Shown here piece after piece: positions 44,751-54,600 of a stretch of DNA of 64,000 bases. Made by a program: the position numbers and the translations under genes. Under the pieces are notes generated by a model. The model ran no database searches. It saw only the letters and a program-made list of their open reading frames with translations, and was not told where the DNA came from. Origin of the DNA: Candidatus Latescibacterota bacterium (lineage in GTDB: Bacteria > Latescibacterota > UBA2968); NCBI GenBank assembly GCA_965198115.1, contig OZ240241.1, positions 480,001-544,000 of the forward strand, written 5' to 3'. Positions within the stretch are counted from its first letter, which is position 1; each line of letters starts with the position of its first letter.

Positions 44751-44780
44751 ATGTTAACACAAGAGAGATGCGTTTGTCAA
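44751..44780 (-). promoter_or_regulatory. Sigma70-like promoter of the TBDR operon
   Basis: TTGACA-18 nt-TAACAT with extended TG, about 310 nt upstream of the ATG. Confidence 0.55.
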
Positions 44781-44811
44781 GATAAAATCGGGACTTTTTG
44801 CGGGTACCTTA

Positions 44812-46073
44812 GTACTCCTGTTCTCAAATACGGTGACGTATTCTAAGCAGACTTTGCCAAGGGCGTATCGTAGAACCTGAGTTTGTCGATCATCTCCGCG
44901 AGATCTGTTCGTGTGAACTTCCATTTGAAGGGTGTGGCGATACGTCCGTAGCGTTCCTGAAAACCGAGGATTCTTGCCTCAAGCTCTTCGAGCGATGCAA
45001 ATTCGATAGGTGTCAGAGCCTTGCGTTTGAGGATCGAGAAGTAGATCTCGATCTGATTGAGCCAGCTTGCGTGGATCGGAAGGTGAACGGGGTGGATGTT
45101 TGGCCACTTCCCCCGGATACGGTCGATGCATGTTTGCCCTCGGTGCGAGGAGCCATTATCCACGATGAGGTAGACTTTCTTTGCCGAGCAATAGGGTTTC
45201 CGGCTCATGATCAGGCTCAGGAGCCGGTTGAAGGGCTCGATACCCGAAGAAGACTCACAGAGACCGAAGATTCGACCATTGTGCACGTCGAGAGCAGCCA
45301 GATAGGCCAGGGCTCCTTTCCGCTCGTATTCGTGTTTCAACGCGTGCCGCTCTGTTCGAGGCTGGCGGTAGGGTAACGTGCTTGCGAGCTCGTGCTTGAA
45401 TACTGGTCTTTTCGTCGGCAGAAAGTACATATTCCCTCGGCCCTAAAGGCTTTCCTTGCCATTGGCGGTGATACAGATCAAGGACTCTACCTGCTTTGGT
45501 TTGGAAGTCCGGGTCCCGTGGGAAAATCCAGGAGCGATGATACCAAGGACGAATCGCGTCCTCGTTCAACCAGCGCCAGACAGTGGCGCCGCTGATCTTG
45601 GCAACGAAGCCCCTTTGCACTGCCTCGGCGGCAATCTCGGAACAGCTGGACCGCGAGAGCGGTATCCCGCTCTCGCTCGGTAGTTCACACGCCAGCGCCT
45701 TGATCTGAACGACCACCTGAGGGGGGAAAACCGGGCGGGCGCCCGGGACGAGATCTATCTTCGAGTCCCGAAAGACGCTCTTCGAAAAAGCGCTTACGCC
45801 ATTTGCTTACGATCGGACGCGGGACATCCAACCGTTGGGCGATAATCTTGTTGGATAATCCCTCGGCGGCGAGAAGCACGATTTTCGATCGGATCACTTG
45901 ATAATACGGTAACGTATATTGTCCAGCCATTCGCTCGAGGTCGACCCGTTCCTTCTCAGACAGTAGCACCACATAAGGCGAACGTCTTGGCATTGTTCTC
46001 CTCCTTTTGAAGGAGAACATAAGCTACAAATAATGTTCAGAACATACGTAATAATGTTTATGAAACCATGCAC
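44812..46073 (-). mobile_element. IS630 type A, copy 2 (1262 bp)
   Basis: Near-identical to 3809-5070; TTA duplicated in a CTTAG target. Confidence 0.92.
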
Positions 46074-46252
46074 TTAGGTCCAGTTTTCACGGGCAGGTAA
46101 GCGCAATTCGGGAGGAGACCGTCAAAGGCAAATAAATCGAGCGGTGAAAGGTGCCGACCTTCTGCTGAAGGCTCTGGCGAGGGGCGGTTTCGGGATCGGG
46201 AATGAATGGATGCGGGAGCCTGTTTACAGATCGTTCCATCTCGGAAAACGAG

Positions 46253-48187
46253 TTACCAGGCGACGTGAATCTCGTGCCCCTGTCCGTTGAACCAGACGAT
46301 GTCGACGGCCACATTGAGGGCGATTCCCGCCATGAACCCGACGAGCAACCCCAGGAAGAAGGGCGTTGCCATTCGATACCTCTCGAGACCACCGAGCTTG
46401 AGCAAGACCGTCTTGACCAGCCAGATGGCGAAAATCGATGTCACCAGCCGGCGAGAAACGACCGTGGCTGGGAAGACGAAGCCGATGGGATGTAGCGGAA
46501 AGCTCGGAAACTGATAGCGAATGAAGATCAGAAGGGCGGTGAAGAGGCTTCCGGCTCCGAAAAAGGCGATCCGGTTCCAGTCGGTGGAGAGGCTGCCTTC
46601 TTGAATACGGCTGGCTGTAAGCTGCAAGGCGCCCACCGGGCCATCGTTACTTCCGTTAAAACTCTTGACCCCGAAGTTGTAACTCCCCGTGAGGTGACCT
46701 TCATATAGAATGAAGGTGAACACGGTGGAAGCTCCGATCAGACACCCGATGAGGATGGCAGGGACGAGTCGTCTTCGACTTCCAACGTTCATGGCGGCGC
46801 CGAAGCGTGGAATGTGGGCCATGGCGGTCATGCCAAGGGTTTTCGTGTCACAGTTGAGGGAAAACGTGAGGCCGACCAGAGCAGCGCTCACGGGACCCAT
46901 GCCGGTGACGCCGAATAGATGCCACGTGAAGGCCTGGGCGGTGATCGGACCTCGCATGAAGACCAGTCCGGCTTCGACCATGATGCGTGACAGTCCGAGG
47001 TAAAGGATCCACGTGGCGAACCCGAAGGCGAAGATCGGTCCCCAGTCCATTCCGGCGATGCGGAAGAAGAGAATGAAGTAAAGGTTGCAGAACAGGAAGC
47101 CGAGAACCGAGGCACGATAAGACATCAGCTCACCTGAATCATCGACCTCGTCGCCCCGTCCAAAGGCTTTTCGTCCGACGTCTTTCAGGTGGTTTCTGGC
47201 GATCCATAGCCCCCAGAGCACAAAAACCACCATTCCGCCAAAGTTCTGCCAACCGACGGCGGGATCCGAGGAGGTCCAGGGGTCCGGGCTCCCTATGCTG
47301 AACCCGAGCCGTGCGAAGACCCCGATCTGCAAAATCGTCAGGAGGTTGAAGAACCACAGACTGAAAAGAACCTCGGACTTCGTGAAATACCCGAAGACGA
47401 AGGTCAGCAGGCTGTCGGTCAGGATATAGGTGGGGAAACCCTGTCCGATGACGATCTGGCGAACCGATTGGCCCCCGTGCAGCAGCGGAATCGGCGGGAG
47501 CGCGAAGACAAACCAGGAGGTCACGTTCCAGCCGATGATTCCGAAGACGATCCAGAATCCGACCCAGAAGAGTCGCTCCCCAAGCAGGGTCCGCAACGTC
47601 CCACGCGATCCCGAGACACCCGTCAGCTCCAGCAGCGCCGTCGCGACTGGGAAGGGGAGTCGCTCATTTTCCATCCACTGCCTGCGGAGGATCACACTGA
47701 TCGAGGCGTTTGCCACGAGTACGGCCCCCACGAACGTGCCCCACCAGAATAGAGGCCCTATCCAGGACCCGAGGGGGATATGGTCGCCCGTGAGCCCTTC
47801 GTAGAACTCTTTGGTGGCGTGGGCATCGATGATGGCCCACTGGGGGAGGTATTGAATCAGCAGATCGGCCCAGCGGTTTTCCGCTGTGGCGAAGTAGGTG
47901 GGGGCTGTGATGACCCCTAGAAACCAGCCGGACAACCACTCGCCCTGCATGCAGGCAGCCACCATACCCATGGAAGAGATCGTCAGGAGTTCGGTGGAAG
48001 TAAGATGCTTGCCCTGTCGCTCCAATACCCGGTTGAGGAGGAGCAGGAACGTGAACGGAATGAGCATCGCGAGCGAGAGGTGTGCGTGGTCGGCGCGGGA
48101 TGAATGGGCGATGAGGCTCGTGTAGGCAGGCCAGAGGTTGGCCCAGGATGCCATGACGAGGCCGAGTAAAAAGGCCCGCCGGGTCAT
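46253..48187 (-). CDS. DUF6785/DUF6784-like polytopic membrane protein (putative peptide transporter)
   Basis: MTRRAFLLG, YFATAENRW, ILRRQWMENERLPFP, FPLHPIG, PFFLGL. Confidence 0.75.
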   Translation of the reverse strand: MTRRAFLLGLVMASWANLWPAYTSLIAHSSRADHAHLSLAMLIPFTFLLLLNRVLERQGKHLTSTELLTISSMGMVAACMQGEWLSGWFLGVITAPTYFATAENRWADLLIQYLPQWAIIDAHATKEFYEGLTGDHIPLGSWIGPLFWWGTFVGAVLVANASISVILRRQWMENERLPFPVATALLELTGVSGSRGTLRTLLGERLFWVGFWIVFGIIGWNVTSWFVFALPPIPLLHGGQSVRQIVIGQGFPTYILTDSLLTFVFGYFTKSEVLFSLWFFNLLTILQIGVFARLGFSIGSPDPWTSSDPAVGWQNFGGMVVFVLWGLWIARNHLKDVGRKAFGRGDEVDDSGELMSYRASVLGFLFCNLYFILFFRIAGMDWGPIFAFGFATWILYLGLSRIMVEAGLVFMRGPITAQAFTWHLFGVTGMGPVSAALVGLTFSLNCDTKTLGMTAMAHIPRFGAAMNVGSRRRLVPAILIGCLIGASTVFTFILYEGHLTGSYNFGVKSFNGSNDGPVGALQLTASRIQEGSLSTDWNRIAFFGAGSLFTALLIFIRYQFPSFPLHPIGFVFPATVVSRRLVTSIFAIWLVKTVLLKLGGLERYRMATPFFLGLLVGFMAGIALNVAVDIVWFNGQGHEIHVAW

Positions 48188-48370
48188 CGTTCGATCTTTG
48201 CGGAAGGATCGTGGTGGTTGAGGGAGGGCACGTTCCCATAAACGGCAAAAGGCTCGCGTGTCGCAACACGCGAGCCTTTCGCTGATCCATTGGGACGATT
48301 CTGCTAAGGTAGGGGTCAAGCTCGCCGAACCGGAAGATCAGGTCCTTGCCACTCCGGTGAAATACTGCTA

Positions 48371-51300
48371 TTACTCGCCGATCAAGAAGATGACGTCCTT
48401 CTCGGTGGTTTGCTGGGAATTCAGATCCGTGACGGTTACCCTCAGCTCGTAGCGACCCTCTTTGGACTCGCCCGGATCAATTTCGAGGTAGTTGTGCTCG
48501 TCGGTCTCCGATCCGGTTCGCTCGTAGGAGATCGTAACGACGGACTTTTCGACGATGCCGAGCAACCGGCCGAGAGCGCGGAGCACACGTATCCCGCTGA
48601 GCTTTCCCTCCTTCGCGGTGATACGGTAGTCCACGCGATAGCGCGTCTGACCGAATTCGTCGGGCTGGAGTCCATAGACTTCGTAGTAGACGACGACTGG
48701 CTGTCCGAACTTGAACGTGCGAGAGGGCAGAGGGATGACACGCAGACCTCCCTTCCCGACGATGGTCGAATCCGATTCCACGTGCCCGGCGAGTTCGATG
48801 TCGCTCATTTGCAGGTCGGTCGTGCCGTATTCTTCGACGAGGAGCTCTTGCGTGAAGCCGCCCTGACGGTGTGTCGCGGGGTGGTTGATCTGAAGGCCCA
48901 GGTAGTACTTGCCCGGTGGGACCTGGAGTGCCAGCTCGTCGATGGCGAGGGTGCCGGCTTCCACGTCGGTTTCGTCGATGGCGAAGCCCAATGGCACGAG
49001 TCTGCGGTAGATCGGCGTCCAGGTGCTGTCGAACAGGGCAACGCCTCGCTCGAATGTTTCCCCCCCGCCGGCCATCACTTCTTGGAGCGGGACCCCCAAA
49101 TAGACTTCAAGCCGAGTTCGGTCGGGGGTGCCCCTGAAGTCGGCGGTGGCGAAATGAAACCCCAGCTCGTTGCCCGGCGGCACGTATCGGTCGGGCTGTG
49201 CCCTCGCGGCCTTGGCGACGACGACGTCGGAACGTCGTTCAGTCCATAGGAGTTGATTGAAGTCGGAGATCCTCCGGCCACCGCTGATGTCGGGATAGTC
49301 GAAGAACTTTTCGTTCGTCAACGAAGTGAAGACGACCTCGATGCCGCCGGCCACGTCGGTGTAGATCCAGTATTCCCAGGGCGTCGTGCTATCGACCGGG
49401 AAAAGCGGGATTCCACGAATGCTGTGGTCACGTGTCTTGGCACGATGGGTCAGATCTGTGGTGCCCCGAACATAGCGTGTGTCGTTTTCCTCGTTGTCGG
49501 CCTCGGACACGAAGAAAGACCTGTTCGGATTCATCTCGAAATCGATGGACTCGAAATCGGCTCCTCTGACGTGCCGAGCTTCGGGTTCGATTTTGCCATC
49601 CCTTGTAGAGGTGCGGTAACGCCCGGCTCGCGCGATGACTTCTTCGCGGGCCTCGGGTGTGAGTGTGGATTGGAGTCTGTCCTTCACGCGGACGACGTGC
49701 CAATCGGTTTCGTAGCGGCGGTCGGTGCTCGTGCTCATATGGGCGGGTTCGCCATAACGGATGTAGACGTCACCTCGACGGTCCCACGTCTTCCCACGGG
49801 CGGAGTAGTGGCGGATGGCGTGGACGACCCGTCTGTAGTGTTCGACGAGTCGCTCGTTGCCCGGCGTGGCCGGCGTCGGGTCACGCTTCTGCCAGAATGC
49901 GCGGATGAATGCCGGGCGGTCCTCGGGTTCCAGCCCGTTGAACTCGGCAATCTCATCGGGTCCTGCGACGAGGGCAATGTCCTCGACACGCGACCGGTCC
50001 GCTTCATCCAGCGTCAGAATCTCCTCGGCGATCAGGGCCTGGGCTTTGCCGGTCTCACGGGTGTTGAGATAGGCGTCGAGAAGAGGGTGGATGCAGTGTT
50101 CTCTGAACTCGGGACGGGAGTCCATCAGGTCGCGCCAGGCCGTAGTCGCGGTGTCGATTCGGCCCTGCTTGAACAGGACACGCCCGAGGTCGAACCTCGC
50201 CCAGGCGTGGAGCGGGTTGACTTCGATCTGCCGCTTGTGTGCGGCCACACTTTCCTCCAGCCTGTTGTGGCGCTCGAACAGTCGTCCCGCGACATAGAGG
50301 AGTTCCGGATGCGTATTGTCGTGGAGGACGGCCTTCACTATCCGATCCAGCTCTTCGTCTTTGTTGCCCTTCCCCTGGATGAACAGGGCAAGCTCCCGAT
50401 TCACCACGGGTGCTTTCCAATCGGGGGCAAGTTCGCCCGCTGTCTGGAAACGCTCTGCGGCCTCGCCCCAATCCTTCCTTCCGATCTGGGCGATGCCGTG
50501 GGCGTTGTAGGCCTCGGCCAGGTCCGTCTGGATGTTGAAAGCCCTCTGGGAATAGATTTCTCCTTCGGACATCAACCCGACTTCGAGCGCCAGCAGAGCG
50601 TCAGCCGTCAGCGCATAAGGGTCGTCCTTGTTTTCCTCGAAGATGAAGTCCAGGATCTCGCGTCCCTCGACCACGGCCAGGGTGTCGGCTTCGGGAACGC
50701 GTCCTGCGAACGTTTTGTCGACGCGCTTCTGGAGCGTCTTTTCGTGTCCCAGGTTGCGGATCGTCGAGAGACTGACTTCATAATGAGCCAAGCCAGTCAG
50801 GGGCCCCACATACGCCCGTGCGAACGCAGGCTGGCGATCGAGCCAGTGACCGTAGAGGAAGCGCGCACGCTCTGGGGGCGTCAGGGCGTCGTAGCTGGCA
50901 ACTCCTTCTGGCGACGCGTAATGTTCGAGGAGTCGGCGGCCCTGAGCTTGTCTGTCGTCTGTGAAGACGTTGGATGGGGTGTCGGGGCCGGAGAGCCTGA
51001 ACACGCGTTCGGAGGTGGCACGCTGGGAGCCCGCGCTTGCCTCGACCCGGAGGGTGTACTCGTCTGGTGGAAGATGACGGAGTGGAACGCCTTCGATGAA
51101 CCGACCCTTGTCGCGGTAGGTGGGGTAGTCGCGTTCGTGCCTGAAAACGACGTGGCCGAAACGATCGAGGACGTGGAACCGAACGGTGTGAGCGAGCTGC
51201 CCGATCTCGTAGAGCTCGACATACCAACGTACGGGCTCGTCTTCGGCCACGTTGCGCGACGGCGCGGGGAGAAGCACGCGGTTGTTCTTCCTGAGCAGAT

Positions 51301-51886
51301 CCGGTTCTGGCACGGGGTCGAACGGATCGACGGCGCGGATGAAGAAGATGTCACTCAGGGCGAGTTTGCCGGTCCGATACTCCGGTACGACGAATTCGAA
51401 CGTCGTTTCCGCTGATTTCCCGTTTCCGGCAGCTTCAATCACGAGATTGGCCGAGTAGTCGCCGGGTTCGAGCATGAATCGCGCAATGTCGTCGACCCGC
51501 TCGGGCAGCTCGGATCCGGCTGGATACACCACCCGTCGTTCGCCTTCGACCTTTTTGACGAGGTCTCCTTCCGCGTTGTAGAGCCGAAGTCTTGGCCAAT
51601 AGCGGGCAACGAGCAGGCTGTCGTTTTCTTCGTCGAAGACGAGGTCCTTCGTGAGAACACGAAGGGACACCTCTTCATAGGGACCCCGGTCGCCACCGAA
51701 ACTGTGGATGTCGACGACCAACCCCAGCTCGCCTTTTGGAGTAGCGGGCATTGACTTTTCATCGGCGACAGCGGTTCCGAGAATCAGAAAGACAACCGTG
51801 AGCGAGGCGAAACACGACCGCACGACCCAACCGGCTGAACGGGACGGGAAGCGTGCCTTAAGAGACATCGAATTGAAGTTTGTCAT
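48371..51886 (-). CDS. GWxTD-domain protein with TPRs
   Basis: FW..RDPTPATPGNE...EHYRRV..A...WDRRG.VYIRYGEP; LSDI and VYYEVYGL Ig-like modules at both ends. Confidence 0.8.
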   Translation of the reverse strand: MTNFNSMSLKARFPSRSAGWVVRSCFASLTVVFLILGTAVADEKSMPATPKGELGLVVDIHSFGGDRGPYEEVSLRVLTKDLVFDEENDSLLVARYWPRLRLYNAEGDLVKKVEGERRVVYPAGSELPERVDDIARFMLEPGDYSANLVIEAAGNGKSAETTFEFVVPEYRTGKLALSDIFFIRAVDPFDPVPEPDLLRKNNRVLLPAPSRNVAEDEPVRWYVELYEIGQLAHTVRFHVLDRFGHVVFRHERDYPTYRDKGRFIEGVPLRHLPPDEYTLRVEASAGSQRATSERVFRLSGPDTPSNVFTDDRQAQGRRLLEHYASPEGVASYDALTPPERARFLYGHWLDRQPAFARAYVGPLTGLAHYEVSLSTIRNLGHEKTLQKRVDKTFAGRVPEADTLAVVEGREILDFIFEENKDDPYALTADALLALEVGLMSEGEIYSQRAFNIQTDLAEAYNAHGIAQIGRKDWGEAAERFQTAGELAPDWKAPVVNRELALFIQGKGNKDEELDRIVKAVLHDNTHPELLYVAGRLFERHNRLEESVAAHKRQIEVNPLHAWARFDLGRVLFKQGRIDTATTAWRDLMDSRPEFREHCIHPLLDAYLNTRETGKAQALIAEEILTLDEADRSRVEDIALVAGPDEIAEFNGLEPEDRPAFIRAFWQKRDPTPATPGNERLVEHYRRVVHAIRHYSARGKTWDRRGDVYIRYGEPAHMSTSTDRRYETDWHVVRVKDRLQSTLTPEAREEVIARAGRYRTSTRDGKIEPEARHVRGADFESIDFEMNPNRSFFVSEADNEENDTRYVRGTTDLTHRAKTRDHSIRGIPLFPVDSTTPWEYWIYTDVAGGIEVVFTSLTNEKFFDYPDISGGRRISDFNQLLWTERRSDVVVAKAARAQPDRYVPPGNELGFHFATADFRGTPDRTRLEVYLGVPLQEVMAGGGETFERGVALFDSTWTPIYRRLVPLGFAIDETDVEAGTLAIDELALQVPPGKYYLGLQINHPATHRQGGFTQELLVEEYGTTDLQMSDIELAGHVESDSTIVGKGGLRVIPLPSRTFKFGQPVVVYYEVYGLQPDEFGQTRYRVDYRITAKEGKLSGIRVLRALGRLLGIVEKSVVTISYERTGSETDEHNYLEIDPGESKEGRYELRVTVTDLNSQQTTEKDVIFLIGE

Positions 51887-52137
51887 AGCGTAGGCTCATC
51901 CAGGCTGTGGGTTGATGATTGTGCCGTCCAGAAACAGTATGAAAAAGCACTGCGGAGGCAAGTCCCTCGATATATCGGTCTCGTCTGTGGTTTCTGCCGA
52001 CGTTCGCCGTCGTGTCTCCTATTCTAACAACCCGACTCTTATCTGGTTTCAGCTAAATGGGTCGAAATCAGCGCAGGGGGAGCAGAGCAGCACTGCTATT
52101 AAGATAAGCGGCCACTCATCCTGGCTGTTCGCCTCTC

Positions 52138-52268
52138 CGCCCCTGTGCGGAGCACAGGGGCGAGCGTAACGCATTGGTTTATACAGGGCCGGTATTTAAG
52201 ACTGCCCCGAGGACCGGGCCCCGTCCACCAATAGCGGCTGCTCGTCCTCGTGCTCTGCACGAGGACGC
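52138..52268. repeat. Inverted pair of REP-like palindromes (REPIN-like)
   Basis: cgcccctgtgcggagcacaggggcgagc and gctcgtcctcgtgctctgcacgaggacgc. Confidence 0.6.
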
Positions 52269-52400
52269 TAGAGCCAAACAAATGGTAGGGGAGCAGAGCA
52301 GGCCACCAAAGCTCATTCAACCGATAGAGGTCGCCGTTAAAGACCCGCCGCCAAGGGCCTTTTGATCCAAGCCACGGCCACGCCTGCTCTCTCGCCTTCT

Positions 52401-53447
52401 TTACTCGCCTTTCACTGCAATCTTGATGGCGTCCTTGCCGTCGAGACGATATCCGTTGTGCAGGGCGTTGAATCCTTCGGCAACCCGATCGATGGGGATA
52501 ATGTGGCTGACGAGGTCCTGAAGCGGGAACTCCTGCTTTCCCAGAATGGGTATGGCTCTGACGAAGTGGTCGGGTTGGCTCGCCCACACCGCTTCCATTC
52601 GCAGGTTCTTGCGCATAAACATCGTGTTCGGGTTGCATTCGAACGTGCCGACGTTGACGAAATGTCCCATCTCGACGTAGGTGCCGTCCTTGGCTAGATA
52701 GTCCAGCCCTTCGGGGATCGCGCCGAGGAAGCCCGCGCACTCAAAGACGACGTTCGCGCCCTCGCCCCGCGGCGTGTGGTCCCGGACGATCTGGGCACGC
52801 TCCTCGGGGTCGGTGACTTCGGCAATGTCGATGGTCAGGTCGGCGCCGAGTCGCTTGCCAAGCTCGAGCCGACCCGGTGGGCCGCCCACGAGGATCAGTC
52901 GACCGGCGCCGCTGACTTTAGCGCAGACGAGGGTGAGGAGGCCGATCGCGCCCGATCCCTGAACCACGACCGTGTCGCCGAACTGTAGATCCGATCGCAT
53001 CACACCGTGCACACCGATCGTGAACGGTTCGGTCATCACACCCACCTCGGCGGGCATGTCGGTTTTTATGAAGACCGTATCCGGATTCCACAGGTAGATA
53101 TACTCGCCAAACCCCCCCCGCAGGTAAGGCTTCTCCTCGGCTTGAAGAAACCCGTAAGCGCCGTTGTTCGTGTCCGGAACCAGAACGACCCGATCGCCCT
53201 CCGAGACTGCCCGACCCAGATGATCGGTCTTCACGTTGGCGCCGAGCTTGTCGATGATACCGACGTTCTCGTGTCCGAGGATGATTTCGCCGGACAGACG
53301 CTGGTGTTCCCAGTTGTGAAGGTCGGTGCCGCAGATGCCGCCTAATTCCTGCTTGAGGAGCAGCGTGTCGGGTGTGATGTCGGGAATCTCGTATTCCCTG
53401 ACTTCGAATCGCTCGCCTGACATCACCGCTGCTTTTGCTGTGACCAT
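52401..53447 (-). CDS. Zinc-binding alcohol dehydrogenase family protein
   Basis: GICGTDLH, LGHENVG, GSGAIG, VFECAG; the four-Cys structural Zn loop is absent. Confidence 0.9.
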   Translation of the reverse strand: MVTAKAAVMSGERFEVREYEIPDITPDTLLLKQELGGICGTDLHNWEHQRLSGEIILGHENVGIIDKLGANVKTDHLGRAVSEGDRVVLVPDTNNGAYGFLQAEEKPYLRGGFGEYIYLWNPDTVFIKTDMPAEVGVMTEPFTIGVHGVMRSDLQFGDTVVVQGSGAIGLLTLVCAKVSGAGRLILVGGPPGRLELGKRLGADLTIDIAEVTDPEERAQIVRDHTPRGEGANVVFECAGFLGAIPEGLDYLAKDGTYVEMGHFVNVGTFECNPNTMFMRKNLRMEAVWASQPDHFVRAIPILGKQEFPLQDLVSHIIPIDRVAEGFNALHNGYRLDGKDAIKIAVKGE

Positions 53448-53506
53448 GTTGACCCCCTGGTACACCTACAAGACCGTGGGTGAACCGGTGAAGATGGTTT
53501 GCCTGT

Positions 53507-54493
53507 TCAGAATCTGTCGCTGGACTCGAAATACAGGATGTCTGAATCGACCATCTCTCGGATGAGTCCATCGAAGGTCGTTTCCTTCTCCCAGCCCAGG
53601 ACACGTTTGGCCTTGGATGCGTCCCCAATCAGGAGATCTACTTCCGCGGGGCGAAGGAAACGCTCGTCAACGCGTACGTAATCTTCCCAATTGAGCCCTG
53701 CTTGTGAGAATGCGAGCTCGCACAGTTCTCTGATCGAATGCGTTTCGCCCGTTGCGACTACGTAGTCGTCGGGCTCGTCCTGCTGGAGCATCGTGTGCAT
53801 GGCGCGAACGTAATCCCGAGAGTGGCCCCAGTCGCGTTTGCTATCGAGGTTCCCGATGGCGACGTGGTCAGTCATCCCGAGCTTGATTCGGGCGACGTGG
53901 GACGTGATTTTCCGGGTTACGAATTCGAATCCTCTTCGAGGCGACTCGTGGTTGAAGAGGATGCCGCTCGAGGCGTGCATGCCGTAGGCTTCGCGATAAT
54001 TCCGCGTCAAGTCATACCCTGCTACTTTGGAGATGCCGTAGGGAGATCGCGGATGGAACCGAGTCGTCTCCGTCTGTGGAACCTCCTGAACCTTTCCAAA
54101 CATTTCGCTCGAGCCCGCGAAGTAGAATCGGCATTCGGGTTGCAGATCGTGGAGAGCCGCTAGGATGTAGTGCGTGCCGTTGATGTTCGTGTTGAGCGTT
54201 GAGAAGGCATCCTGGAAGGAGGTCGCGACGAAGCTTTGCGCAGCAAGGTGGTAGCATTCATCGGGTTCGACCGTTCTGACGACTCTGTAGATGCTCGGGA
54301 AGCTTTCCATCGATGCGGGATGAAGGATGAGGTCATCTTCGATGTGCCGGATTCTGGACATGTGGTGTTGGGGTGCCTCGATCGCGACACGCCGGATGAT
54401 TCCGTGTACCTCGTAGCCCGCTTCGAGCAATAGCTCGCTCAGGTAGGATCCATCCTGACCCGTGATGCCTGTGATGAGCGCTTTTTTTGCCAT
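53507..54493 (-). CDS. gmd: GDP-mannose 4,6-dehydratase
   Basis: ALITGITGQDGSYL, LAAQSFV, SSEMFG, PRSPYG.SK, FNHESPRRG.EFVTRK, RDWGH. Confidence 0.97.
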   Translation of the reverse strand: MAKKALITGITGQDGSYLSELLLEAGYEVHGIIRRVAIEAPQHHMSRIRHIEDDLILHPASMESFPSIYRVVRTVEPDECYHLAAQSFVATSFQDAFSTLNTNINGTHYILAALHDLQPECRFYFAGSSEMFGKVQEVPQTETTRFHPRSPYGISKVAGYDLTRNYREAYGMHASSGILFNHESPRRGFEFVTRKITSHVARIKLGMTDHVAIGNLDSKRDWGHSRDYVRAMHTMLQQDEPDDYVVATGETHSIRELCELAFSQAGLNWEDYVRVDERFLRPAEVDLLIGDASKAKRVLGWEKETTFDGLIREMVDSDILYFESSDRF

Positions 54494-54600
54494 CGACTTC
54501 CCTCTACGAGAAACCCGCGACGATGCGTTGCGGTCGAGCGCTGGTTGACGATAGAATGCAGTCGTCGGTCCGGGTCGACGTGCTAATTATCTCTGTGTCA

